DNA from: a virus
Lineage: Duplodnaviria; Caudoviricetes
Virus record (IMG/VR): IMGVR_UViG_3300037846_000091
Span: 1 to 64,000 of that record
Reading direction: 5' to 3' (one strand)
DNA length: 64,000 bases
Below are positions 19,096 through 29,810 of this stretch, piece after piece (within the stretch, counting starts at the first letter, position 1; each line of letters starts with the position of its first letter). The translations under genes and the position numbers were made by a program. Under the pieces are notes generated by a model. That model searched no databases, was not told the DNA's origin, and worked only from the letters and a program-made list of their open reading frames with translations.

Positions 19096-19485
19096 GTGTA
19101 CACAAGAACACTACCAGCCGTCAGCTGCCAGAGTGCGTCAGTGCCCGACCTTCGCCACCGCCTGCTCGCCGCCGCGTTTGAACTGCTCTCCCAAAGCCAG
19201 CAGCCCTCGCCCGCGCTGTTTACCGTGACCATCCACGCAGCTGACGGATCGGCCGACCTGGTGTTCCCAGCACGGCCGGGCGAGTTCGGCGTCGAGGTCA
19301 ACGGCGACCTATCCGACCTGCACCGGGCCATCCTGCGCGTGCTGACAGACGTACCCCAGAGCGTCAAGGTGCTGGCCCGGCTGGCGGGGTACTCCTACTC
19401 GCCGCGGTTCCGCGCTGGGGTGGCGGACCTTGTACGCCGGGGGATGGCGGCGCGGATGCCGGATGGGATCAGGCGGGCGGGGTAG
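19096..19485 (+). CDS. Protein with a C-terminal winged HTH
   Basis: SDLHRAILRVLTDVPQSVKVLARLAGYSYSPRFRAGVADLVRRG. Confidence 0.6.
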   Translation: MYTRTLPAVSCQSASVPDLRHRLLAAAFELLSQSQQPSPALFTVTIHAADGSADLVFPARPGEFGVEVNGDLSDLHRAILRVLTDVPQSVKVLARLAGYSYSPRFRAGVADLVRRGMAARMPDGIRRAG

Positions 19486-19994
19486 CGCGAATGGCGGCAA
19501 CGAGTTCGCAGACCGCGTCGGCAACCGTTGCACCGGGAGGCTCAACGTAATTCCAGACGACCATGGCGCACCGCTCACGTTCCGCGGCGACGGCACGCGC
19601 TATCATGGCGTCTACGTCCTCCAGCACTTTCATTTGCGATTCAGGGGACATTCTCGCTCTCCTTTTCGCAGTTGGCCTTGAACCATGCGTCACTTGTCGT
19701 CAACGGCGTCAACGGGTCAGCGTGTTCAGCGCCAGCCACGGACCACCATTCGCCATCGTCCTCGACCAGATACCGGAAAATCTTGGAGAGTCGCCATTTA
19801 TTGCCCACCGGCTCTGACCACCAGCGACGGCGGATTTGCACGTCCATTGCGTTGCGGGCCAGGGCGCAAAATTCGGCGTCCACCTCGCCGCCACAATCAG
19901 CCACAGGCGACCCGTCAGCAGCCAACGCGAGCCCGCTCCCGTCGAATGGGCATACCCACGGTGCCGGCGTCAGACGCGAAAGGTCAAAAGACAT
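19469..19994 (-). other. Two small leftward ORFs (19641-19994 and 19469-19693)
   Basis: The first is a paralogue of 10615-10968. The second has the phage-typical AERERCA helix. Confidence 0.6.
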
Positions 19995-20088
19995 TATCGC
20001 TCTCCTCTATCGCGGACTGTTTAGCTCTCGTCACGGACGGGACAGTTAGGTACTGCGCGACGGCCTCGCGTCAGGCGATACTGTCGGC

Positions 20089-20367
20089 ATGGACACGACA
20101 CCCGACTACCTGACTGCGGCGGAAGTGGCCAAGCGGCTGCATTGCTCGCTAGCCACAATTTACCGCTGGACGCTCTCCGGCAAGCTCCGCGCTCTCAAGC
20201 GTGGCCGCGTCTACCTGTTCCTCTGGTCGGACGTGGAAGCGGCCCTGGAGCCAACGCAGCCTATCCGGCTGACCACCCGCCGCGAGCTGGACCGGCAGCA
20301 GGCCGAAGCATGGCGCGTGCTGGAGGAGCGCTTCGGCATCAAGCAACGTGCCGCCGGCCGCGCGTAG
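20089..20367 (+). CDS. Excisionase-like MerR-type HTH protein
   Basis: YLTAAEVAKRLHCSLATIYRW...GKLRALKRGRVYLF, located near the integrase. Confidence 0.8.
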   Translation: MDTTPDYLTAAEVAKRLHCSLATIYRWTLSGKLRALKRGRVYLFLWSDVEAALEPTQPIRLTTRRELDRQQAEAWRVLEERFGIKQRAAGRA

Positions 20368-20376
20368 GGGTTAGAC

Positions 20377-20757
20377 TCAGGCGTCGGGGTCGGGCTGCCG
20401 AATCGACGCGATTTCCTTGCACATGCGGGCCAGGTCGCGTTCCACGGCCGGCCTCGCGGCTTCCGACAGGTATTCGGACATTGAGATACCGCGATACACC
20501 GCAGCCAGCTTCAGGAGCCGGTGGAGTTCGTAGTGAATTTTGATGTTCGCGGTTTTGCGGTCGCGCTTCTCTTCGACCGGCTCGGGTAGTTCGCCAACAG
20601 GCATTCGTACCCGGTCCTTTTTGATGACCGGGCCGACGATTTCAGAAAGGTAGTCGGCAACGTCCACGTCACGCCAGGCGGAAACCGTCTGGGCCATGCG
20701 GTACACAGTGGCGTCGATTTTTACAGACACCTTGCCGGCCATCAGGTCAACGACCAT
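20377..20757 (-). CDS. Tandem ribbon-helix-helix repressor
   Basis: Two similar units: SVKIDATVYRMAQTVSAWRDVDVADYLSE and NIKIHYELHRLLKLAAVYRGISMSEYLSE. Divergent from the early operon. Confidence 0.7.
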   Translation of the reverse strand: MVVDLMAGKVSVKIDATVYRMAQTVSAWRDVDVADYLSEIVGPVIKKDRVRMPVGELPEPVEEKRDRKTANIKIHYELHRLLKLAAVYRGISMSEYLSEAARPAVERDLARMCKEIASIRQPDPDA

Positions 20758-20879
20758 GCAGCTGATTGTCCCCAAGACACAGAAAGATTCTAACCGCGCA
20801 CGCATTTACCATTGTACCACAATCCCTCTGGCGTAAAATCGGCCGTCGGAAAAAAGTTTGCAAATTCTTTTTTCGGCTA

Positions 20880-20908
20880 TTGACAAAGCCGGTAGAACAG
20901 TCTACCAT
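20880..20908 (+). promoter_or_regulatory. Early promoter with an overlapping operator palindrome
   Basis: TTGACA, 17 nt, TACCAT. GGTAGA-acag-TCTACC at 20891-20906. Confidence 0.75.
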
Positions 20909-20948
20909 AGGGACAGTGACGAACGAAAGCCCCGCACTGGAGACGACG

Positions 20949-23900
20949 ATGAACGCGACCGCAAGGCTGACGGTGGTGGACCTGAAGAGGGAAGCCTCGA
21001 AGCATGGGGCGACGGTGACGCGGTTTCTCGGCACGCGGTGGACCGGCTACATGGTGGACGCGCCACACGGCAAGACGTGGGCCAGCGACCCCGGCCTGCA
21101 CGGCATCAAGGTCGAATGGCTCAATGGAGACGCAGACCACAGGACGCAGGCTATCGCGGACGCAATCGAGCGCATGGTTCCCGGCCTGGACGACTGCGGC
21201 GAACCGGGCTGCGACTCGTGCAGCTAACCCCCAACCCCACGCCCAGCAGGAGCCTGACCCATGCTCGGCTGTATCTCCGCTCTCGTTTTGTTGACCGCCG
21301 GCACCGCCATCGGCGTCGGCATCGCTCGCGTGCTGATTGCCTGGTGCGACGACGCCCCGCAGCCCGAGACGGCGTGCAAGAACGTGTGGTGCAGTGTGTG
21401 CAACGACGACGGCAGGCCGTGCAACCGATGCCGATGAAAGGAGCCTGACCATGTCCGCCTACGAGACTGCCCGCCACCGGGAACAGGTGGAGCGACTGAG
21501 CGACCGCATCAAGGACTTGCAGGACGAGGTCCTGAATCTGGAATCCGAGAAGGCGATGCTGCGGGAGGTCCTCGCAAGTGTCCTCTCGGATGTCGGCTAC
21601 GCCTGCGATGCCAACGAATGCGAGTGTGGGAACTTCGACGAAAACGGTTCCTGCTGCCACACGCTCGGGCGCACCGCCCTGGCCTTAATCTCGGAGTAAC
21701 CATGCCCGAGCTAACCGCGGCCGACAACGATGCCTTTGGAACGTGGTTTCCCGACGAGCCGCAGTCTCGATACGCGACTTGCCCGCAGTGCGGCTGCCTC
21801 CTGACCAACGGCGTGTGCCTGGAGTGCGAGAGAATTTGGGAGCTGCGGAACGCCCGGCAGCAGCGGGAGATCTCTGCGGACGCGGTACGGGTGGCGCAGA
21901 CGCTGCGGACGGACGACGCGGTGCCGTTCTGAGGAGCCAACGCCAGTGTGTCTGCGAAGCGGCTTTCGTCGGCCGCAACGTCCTTCGGGGCAGGCAGACG
22001 TGACGGCCTGGCGTATCCCGCAGCGTCCGAGTCGCTTAAAAGCGGCGACTTCCTGCGGAGTAGTAAGGGGACGGGCCTACGCCGGATAGAGAGTGATCCG
22101 GCATCCTTAACCGAAAGGACTCTGGCCGTGGAAGCAACCAAGATGAAACGGGACATGACGGCGGATGAACTGGAGGCGGTTCGCACCATGCGGATGCCGG
22201 TTCACTGTCGGACCATGACTCGCCCGAGTCGCGTCCGTGAAGGAACCTGGGTGTTCTCCGACCTGGAAGAACTGACCAAGGAAAACCTTGACAAGCTGGA
22301 GGCTGAATACCGCGCCAAGGGATGGCACGAAGCCGGCCCCTACTTCGTCCGAACCTCCAAGGCCGAAGGAGTCTCCCCATGACCAGCGCTATCGCAATCG
22401 CCCTGTTCTGCGTCGTCGGCTGGTACGCAGGCGTCGGCCTGTACCACCTGAGTCAGTGGCTCTTGAACGATGCTCCCGCGACGGAGCCGACCTGCAAGAA
22501 CATCTGGTGTTCGCTGTGCAAAGATCGCAGTCCGGCGGGTTGCCCGGGCTGTCAGCAGAGGGTGGGACCATGACCGACAAGCTCCATCGCCTCATCGCCC
22601 ACCTGCTCGACCTGTCCCGACGCCGTACGGCCGACGCCGCCCAGGCGAGCGCAGACGGATACCGGATCGCGGCAGCTGGCGGCCGTGGGCAGGCTTCGGC
22701 ATATGAGAACGCGTCGATACTGCTGCGGGAAGCGTTGGACGGGCCGGACCCTGAGCCTCACGAGTGGACGGCCGAAGAAATTCTAGCCAGGGAGGGATGA
22801 AATGGACGTTTCGATGGGTCACATTTTCTACACCACGCTGCCCAAATTCGTTGCCGTGCAGGTGTCCTCCGAGCGATGGCAGATTGCTGAACTCACTCCG
22901 TTTGAGGAAGGAAACGACAGCGGCAGGCCGGCAACCTACTCGCTCATAGGCCCGAAGTTGAGTCAAGGTGCCTGCAACAATGAGCTAAGCAGACTGCAAA
23001 AGTGACCTTCATCACGGCTGGCTTGTTGCCGGCCGGGCCTCCCAACGGCGACGGGAGGCCGAATACATGACGAGGGTGTTAAAGATGACCGTTCAAGAGC
23101 TAATCCAAGAACTACAGGACGCAATCGACAATAAATCAACGGTTTACTTCACCCCGCTCCAACATCGGTGCGCGACTCGGGGGAAAATAGACCGGGTCGT
23201 CATCGTTGAAAGTGGAGTGTACCTGTCATCTTCTGAGCAGACTGAGTACCTGGATTCCGACGCAAGCGATGCGTTCGGACTGTAACGATTACGCCCTTCA
23301 GCTTGGCGCTGCGGGGCAGCCCCAGGCTCCTGACCAGGAAGGCCCGGGGTTTACCACACGGAAGATGCCGCCTGGCGTTCGCGGCTGACGTGGCGCAGGG
23401 ATGCGCCTGGGGGACGTGCGATGCCGAAGATCGAAAAGTATCCCCCTGGATACACGGACGCCGAGAAGCGCTGGCATCGGTTCATCGACAAGATGGTAGA
23501 GGGACTTCGCCAGCGTTGCGACGGGCTGAAAACGTCGCCGCTGTACTGGATGGCGTCGGATGAAAGCGACGTGCGCTGCTACGGGTGCGCCGGCAAGCGC
23601 CGCTGCGGCGGCACGAACAGCGACGAAGAGGACGGCCAGCGGTTCTGCTCCAAATGCGGCAAGGTGCTGGAGCACTCGTTCACGGATGAAGGCATTGATG
23701 AGGAGATCGCCTCTTCTACCGAAGAGGACATGCTGGACCGGCCCATCAGCGGCGTGGAGGCGTATACCCTGCTCGCCATCATCGACTGCGGCTGGCCGCG
23801 ACTGACGGAACGCTGCGGCGACTGGACGTATCGACCGGACCTGAAGCCGGCATTGAGGATCATCGCCGAGAGGCTGGCCATCGGGCAGGAGCCGTAACCA

Positions 23901-24995
23901 TGCTGACCGACGACGACCTGGCCGCGCACGACCGTTCGGGACAACCGTGAGGTAGCGTCCCGAAAGAGCTACGAAGACCGTGAGCCTTACGCATCGCCAG
24001 GTTGGACAGCCGGGCGCTCTGTGGGACAGGAACAAGCGAATCCTGCCCTACGGCTCACGAGAGTAGCGAGTCCAAGATGATTGAGGTTGTTTAACCGGCA
24101 GCGGGAGGGGAAGAGATGGCTGACCACGAAAAGACCATGCGTGAGCTTGAGGATTTGTGCAGCCGCTCGCCGGCAATGTGGTTCGTTGAAGAATCCGAAC
24201 GCGCCCGCCTGCTGCTTCAGCCCCTGCTAGACATGGTGCGCGACCTGAAGGAACGGAACCGCATCGGCGGCCAATTTCAGGATCAGTGCCAAAACCTGGC
24301 GGCACTGAACAAAGACCTTGAACGTCAGATAAGTGTTGCCATCGACCGTAGCGAGGAATGGAAGTCGATGGCCATTCGGTACAAGGAACTGTCCGACGCC
24401 CGCGGCGAGGCTCTGGACAGCAAACGGTTCAGAGACGGCCTGCTTCGCATCGCCGCACGCTGCGGGGACTGGAGCCCGGCCGACGTGCGGGCAAACGTGG
24501 CCGATCTGCTGGGGTGCAAGGTGGAGGAGTTGGAGCGATGACTGACAACCTTTTGAGTCGCCTGGACGAAGCGAGCGTCGGCCTGGGCCTGTCTCCTACC
24601 AACGGTCTGGCCCAGGAAGCGGCCAAGGAAATCCGACGCCTGCGCCGCTACGAGCAGGCCGTTGCCGAAATGGCCAAGCAATTCTGTTCACCCACGTTTA
24701 CCGCCGAAGAACTGGTCGCGCAGTGCCTCGGCGAGCCGCTGCCGAAGTCGAAACACAAGAGGGCAACAAGGTGAAAACGGACATGCGTACTCTCCTGGTC
24801 GAAGGCATCAAGAGCGCCCTGTCCGATGAGTCCTTCCGCGACCAGATCAAGGCCGCCCTGAGAACGAAGCTGGCCAAGGTCCTCATCGAGCGGTTCGGCG
24901 GCGAGCTGGAGAAACAGGTCAACACGCTAAAGAGCGACCCGGCAACGCGGGCACGCATCACCCTGGCAATCGAAGAGATCATAAAGACAAAGTGA
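20949..24995 (+). other. Early operon of short hypothetical ORFs (20949-21227, 21261-21437, 21451-21699, 21702-21932, 22143-22382, 22379-22573, 22570-22800, 23067-23285, 23421-23897, 24116-24541, 24538-24774, 24771-24995)
   Basis: Translationally coupled ORFs with good RBSs. Many carry Cys-pair Zn-finger motifs. Confidence 0.6.
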
Positions 24996-25018
24996 CCACC
25001 CATTCAAGGAGGAATCGC

Positions 25019-25183
25019 ATGTTGGTTTTGACCAGAAAAATTGGCGAGCGTATCCACATTGGTGACAAGATCGTCCTGGTGGTGGTGAGCATCGACGGGA
25101 GAAGGATCAAGCTGGGCATCGAGGCGGACAAGGACATCCCGGTGTTCCGCTCTGAACTGATAAAGCGGAAGGAGCAACGATGA
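25019..25183 (+). CDS. csrA: Carbon storage regulator CsrA/RsmA
   Basis: MLVLTRKIGERIHIGDKIVLVVVSIDGRRIKLGIEADKDIPVFRSEL. RBS aggagg. Confidence 0.92.
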   Translation: MLVLTRKIGERIHIGDKIVLVVVSIDGRRIKLGIEADKDIPVFRSELIKRKEQR

Positions 25184-26099
25184 TACACATCCGCACTGAC
25201 AACGAGCGAGAGAACAGTAAAAGCCGGTTCGCCTGCGGCATCGGTCCTGAGATTCCGTCTGGTGACGTGTACTTCTTCGAGAGCGAGGGCCTGCGGCGCG
25301 TAGCCGCTCACCTTGCCGTGCATGGCGGGGAAGTGTGTCCGGGCTGTTTCCCTGGAGGCAAGCCAGAGCTTGGCACGCCGATTTCTCAGGTGTCCGGCCG
25401 ACCCGGGCATCCTGGGTACGCGGAATTCAAGAGGATCGCTGACTCCTGGGGGTATCCATGAAAACCTATCCCCGATGCCGTCACTGCGGTGTGGGCAACG
25501 CAACACGAAGCCGCGGTTTGTGCTGGGCTTGTTATACGACGCCAGCAATACGCAAGGCGAACCCATCGGTATCCCGCTACTCGCCCGGCGACCACGAGCC
25601 CACGCAAGCCGAAGTCGATGCGATGCTCGCCGCCGCGCTGCCAGCGCCTGAGCCGGTGGAGATGCCCGACCCCGGCCGCACGCTGGGAGAGCGTCTGCGG
25701 TCGCTGGTGCGCGAGGTGGACGACAGGGCCGGCGGACGGGCGCCGGATTCGGAGCTGGCCGTCACGCTGACGCGGCGGGGGTTCCCGGTGCTGCGGGCGG
25801 ACGTGTGGCGTGAGGTCGCGTGTGCGAGGAGGCAGACGGCATGAAATCTCTACTCTCCCGCCTCCTCGGCCTGTTTCGCCGCCAGCCCGCCCCGCGCTTC
25901 GGCTTGCTGATCGCACGCACGACGATCACCAACTCGCTTGGCACGATCCACGCAGCCGACATGCTCTTGCAGCGCCCTGGCGACGGCGCGTGGCCGATAC
26001 CGCTCACCAGGAGAATGGACTGGCGGCCGTTGTGCGGGGGTAAGTTTCACGGGTGCTTCCTGAACCTGGCGAGCATCAACTGACACAGAGGTTTAACCC

Positions 26100-26495
26100 A
26101 TGTGCTTTGACCATGACGAATATGCCGAAGTGTACCGAGAAAGCACACACCGCGCTCGCAAGACTTACCGTTGCCTTGAGTGCCATCTGCCAATTCGGCC
26201 CGGTGAAGAGTACCAGTCGGTTTTCACGGTGTTCGAGGGACACGCCAGTACAACACGAACCTGTTCTGTCTGCGAATGGTTCCGCGAGCGGATTGCCAAC
26301 CACGAACGGGAAGAGGGTTGCCAGGGAGCGGAGGCGTACCCAGCCTTCGGCGACTTGGAACAAGCTCTGGAGACAAACGAGTTTTCCGAGAACGGTTACA
26401 GCCGCCTGATAGGCATGGTTCCATTGCAGAGGATAGGTGTTGGCGAAGACGGAACCGTTGAATGGTCAGATTACAACTACGGGGGTGAAGGATGA
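26100..26495 (+). CDS. Zn-finger phage protein
   Basis: RARKTYRCLECHLPI...TRTCSVC. Confidence 0.6.
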   Translation: MCFDHDEYAEVYRESTHRARKTYRCLECHLPIRPGEEYQSVFTVFEGHASTTRTCSVCEWFRERIANHEREEGCQGAEAYPAFGDLEQALETNEFSENGYSRLIGMVPLQRIGVGEDGTVEWSDYNYGGEG

Positions 26496-27034
26496 GCACC
26501 ACACTGGCCCCCTACACCACAGACCGCGACCTGGCTCGCCTGCGTGCCGACGCCGACGCACTGACGGCGGAGCGCGACCAGCTGCGGGAGGACGTGGCTT
26601 TGTTGAGAAAGCGGGTTCTAGTTTATCTCGCCATTCCTTACAGCCACCCCGATCCGGGTGTACGTGAGTGGCGATTCCGTCAGGCCAACACCGTCTCAGC
26701 TCAACTGATGGGTCAGGGCCACAAGGTATTCTCGCCGATCACCCACACGCACCCGATAGCCGTTCAGTGTGGCCTGCCGCTGGGATTCGACTTCTGGCAA
26801 GAGTACGACGAAGCAATCCTTGCCGCTTGCGCCGAGATGGTCGTCATCACCCTGGACGGATGGCAGCAATCCAAGGGAGTACAGGGAGAGATGGAGATTG
26901 CCAAGCGACTCGGAATACCGATCCGGTTCATGGAGGCCGAAGTAACGTCGGGCCGTGTCGATGTTGAGGAAATGGACCGACTGCGGACGGAGAACGACCG
27001 GCTGAAGCGCATCATCGCGGAGGGGGGACACTGA
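26492..27034 (+). CDS. DUF1937-family (nucleoside deoxyribosyltransferase-like fold) protein
   Basis: VYLAIPYSH...VFSPITHTH...GWQQSKGVQGEMEIA. Confidence 0.8.
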   Translation: MSTTLAPYTTDRDLARLRADADALTAERDQLREDVALLRKRVLVYLAIPYSHPDPGVREWRFRQANTVSAQLMGQGHKVFSPITHTHPIAVQCGLPLGFDFWQEYDEAILAACAEMVVITLDGWQQSKGVQGEMEIAKRLGIPIRFMEAEVTSGRVDVEEMDRLRTENDRLKRIIAEGGH

Positions 27035-27233
27035 CGATGGCAAGTAGGCAACGACTGCATCACGGAATGCTGCTGGACTCCAAGGCCGTCATGGACGACG
27101 CCATGCCGGACTTGGACCGCATCCGTGAACTAATCGCCACGCCGCTGCATCGGGAGTTCGACAGGATCGTTGCAATCTTCGAGGATACGCTTTGCTCTGC
27201 CGATGTGTCCTACAGGTACGTGGAGAAAGAACG

Positions 27234-27581
27234 ATGACGGACCTGAACTGCCCCGACTGCGGCTCGCCCATGCGGTTGCGTGACAGCCGCTTCGGCAAGT
27301 TCTACGGCTGCGTCAGATTCCCAGCTTGCAAAGCAACGCACGGCGCCCACGCGGACGGTCGTCCTCTGGGCATCCCCGGCAACGCGGAAACCAAGGCGGC
27401 ACGGACGCGAGCCCACGCCGCTTTCGACCGGCTGTGGCGGTCGGGAAGGATGCGGCGCAACGACGCTTACCGTGAGTTGCAGCGGATGATGCACATGACG
27501 GAGGCGCAGGCCCACATTGGCCGGTTCACGCAAGAGGAGTGCGAGCGGCTGATCGAATTGCTGGAGGACAGACCGACATGA
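27234..27581 (+). CDS. Zn-ribbon protein (DUF3268-like)
   Basis: CPDCGSPMRLR...FYGC..FPAC...HADGRPLG...AHAAFDRLW...AHIG. Confidence 0.75.
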   Translation: MTDLNCPDCGSPMRLRDSRFGKFYGCVRFPACKATHGAHADGRPLGIPGNAETKAARTRAHAAFDRLWRSGRMRRNDAYRELQRMMHMTEAQAHIGRFTQEECERLIELLEDRPT

Positions 27582-28125
27582 ACCCCGCATCCTTCGCCAA
27601 AATGCCGTTGCACCAGCTGCAAGCCGAGTTCAGCGACATGCACCGCAAGGTGAGGCGAGAGCAAAACATCAGCCGCCGGATGCTCGAAAGGCACGACTGC
27701 CTGTGGTTCGCGCTGGTGGACAGGATCGGCCTGGCAGCGGCGGATGAAGTGGCGAAGGCGGCGCGTTGATCCAGCCCGGTCCAGGTACGCCAGCGAAAGC
27801 ACGTTGCCGACGCTGGTTAAATCTGAAACTAAGAGGTCGGATTGGGACCCGGGCCGGGCTTTCTCTTCGAGGACGACATGGTTGCTTTCCTGAAGCTGGA
27901 ACACATAGCCAAGGGTTTTCGCGGCAGTCTCGGGAATTGCCCGTTGGCCCTGTGCCTGAACGAGTCCTTCCCTGAACATGCTCCGTGGTGGGTCAGCAAC
28001 ACCAGGGCGGAACGGTCAGACGGCGGAAGAATCGTGTTGTCGATAGCTGCTCAGGACTTCATCAGAGATTTCGACGCCGGGCGACAGGTCTATCCGGGAG
28101 ACATTGTGATCAGAGAGGAAGAACC

Positions 28126-28428
28126 ATGCTGACCATCCCCGACGCTCGCGGCCGTCCGCTGCTTCAGCTGGTGGCTCCCGGCCTGACGGACCGCCAGGCC
28201 GAAGTGTTGGTGTTCATCACTCAGTACCAGCTGCAACAAGGACGGCCGCCGTCCATGCGGGACATCATGGAACGCTTCGGCCATGCCTGCCTATCCGGGT
28301 GCGTCTGCCACCTGAAAGCCCTGCGGCGCAAGGGCTGGCTGGAAGATGGCGACAGGACGAAACGCGGCTACCGGCCTACCCGGAGCCTGCGGTTGCTCAG
28401 GCCGCTGGAGTGGAGGGAAATCGCATGA
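28126..28428 (+). CDS. LexA-type DNA-binding domain only (no protease domain)
   Basis: LTDRQAEVLVFI...GRPPSMRDIMERFG...HLKALRRKGWL. Confidence 0.85.
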   Translation: MLTIPDARGRPLLQLVAPGLTDRQAEVLVFITQYQLQQGRPPSMRDIMERFGHACLSGCVCHLKALRRKGWLEDGDRTKRGYRPTRSLRLLRPLEWREIA

Positions 28429-28909
28429 ACTGCTTCGAGTGTGACAGATGGTTCGACCCCGACGACGACGAAACGGAAATCTGCCCGGAGTGCGAGCGTG
28501 AGTGGCTTCTGGAGAACGTCCCGGAGGCGTTCCCGAACAACAACAACTACGACGCCAACGACGGTACGGAAGGGAGCGGCTGACTACTTGCCCGCGTCCT
28601 TACCCGAAGGAGACAGCATGACGTGCCCAACCTGTGACCACAAGCTCGCAACCCTGGTTGACGAGACGCACAAAGTTCTCCTGTGTCGGCGGTGCGGAAC
28701 GACGGTTGTCATCCACTTTACGACGCCGGATGAGCCAGTCGTCCACGTTCCCGATCTGGTAGAGCGGTGCCGACGATTCGAGAGCGACTCTCCCGTAATG
28801 GTGAACATCGCCGGGAAGACCTTCGATTACTGGTGCAAGGCTGGCATCTCCGAAGCCATCAACGTGCCGTCCGCTCGCCCGCAGTGAACGGCTGCTGTCG
28901 CCGGGAGCG

Positions 28910-29107
28910 TCACTTGGAGGCGTCCTTGTCGTGCGGCGGCCACAGCCCTTCCTTCTCCATGTATTCGCGGCAGATGCGGTTTACTTCTTGGGACAGGCTT
29001 GTGTCGTTACGCTCCGCGAGCGCGGAAAGCTGGTTGGCGATGCGAATGGTGAGGGCGACCATGCGGCGTGGTTTGTGGCGATCAGACTTCGGTTTTTTGT
29101 TGGCCAT
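28910..29107 (-). CDS. Arc-like RHH regulator, divergent
   Basis: DRHKPRRMVALTIRIANQLSALAERNDTSLSQEVNRICREYM. Confidence 0.75.
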   Translation of the reverse strand: MANKKPKSDRHKPRRMVALTIRIANQLSALAERNDTSLSQEVNRICREYMEKEGLWPPHDKDASK

Positions 29108-29205
29108 TAGGCCATTGTTCGACATGAAGCGTTCACCCGCAACCCCCTTGGCTGGACTTGCGGCAACGGAATTCTACCCACAACGCGAAAAAAGTCAAAT
29201 TGTGG

Positions 29206-29234
29206 TTGCCTTGTGGGCACCACCAGCGTAAGAT
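29206..29234 (+). promoter_or_regulatory. Sigma70-like promoter
   Basis: TTGCCT, 17 nt, TAAGAT. Confidence 0.6.
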
Positions 29235-29303
29235 ACCCTTGGCTGGGTTGCCAGTGAGCCGGGGACGGTCCCCGGCCGCTGGCTCTTTCAAAGGACAACG
29301 GCA

Positions 29304-29744
29304 ATGAAAACCCGTGAGCAAATCTTGGAGGCCGTCAAGGCTGGCCGCAAGAGCGGTTGCGAGATGATCGACTCGCGAGACTACGCCAGGCTCACCGCTT
29401 TCTTCCCGGCTGCCGATTGGAATTCGTTCGGGTTTGAGTCCAAAGAAGACGGCCAAAATCCAGAACCGCTGGAATTGTCCGAAGCGAACGTCATCGAACA
29501 GCTAAAAGGCGACATTGCCTTCGCTTTCGAGAAGGCACTGGGAAAGCGTGGCATCTCGGCAAGCCTGATGCAAGAGGTCGTCAAGATGTGGCTGTGGGTT
29601 CTGGATGACCCACTTCAGGACCATGACGACTACCCGCAGTACGGATTGCCGTTGCTCAAGGCCGTCGCGGTCAAGTACGGTTTGCCCAATCCCATCGGTG
29701 ACGACGCTGGGAACGAGTGGAAGTATGAGCAAGGCGGCGAGTGA
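29304..29744 (+). CDS. Conserved phage hypothetical protein
   Basis: AFEKALGKRGISASLM...W.L.D...Y..YGLPLLKAVAVKYG pattern. Confidence 0.65.
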   Translation: MKTREQILEAVKAGRKSGCEMIDSRDYARLTAFFPAADWNSFGFESKEDGQNPEPLELSEANVIEQLKGDIAFAFEKALGKRGISASLMQEVVKMWLWVLDDPLQDHDDYPQYGLPLLKAVAVKYGLPNPIGDDAGNEWKYEQGGE

Positions 29745-29810
29745 CCTGGGTTGCCGGGGTCCGCCTGCCGGATGGTCCGGCAGGCCCCGGCTCTTTCAAG
29801 CGAGAACACC

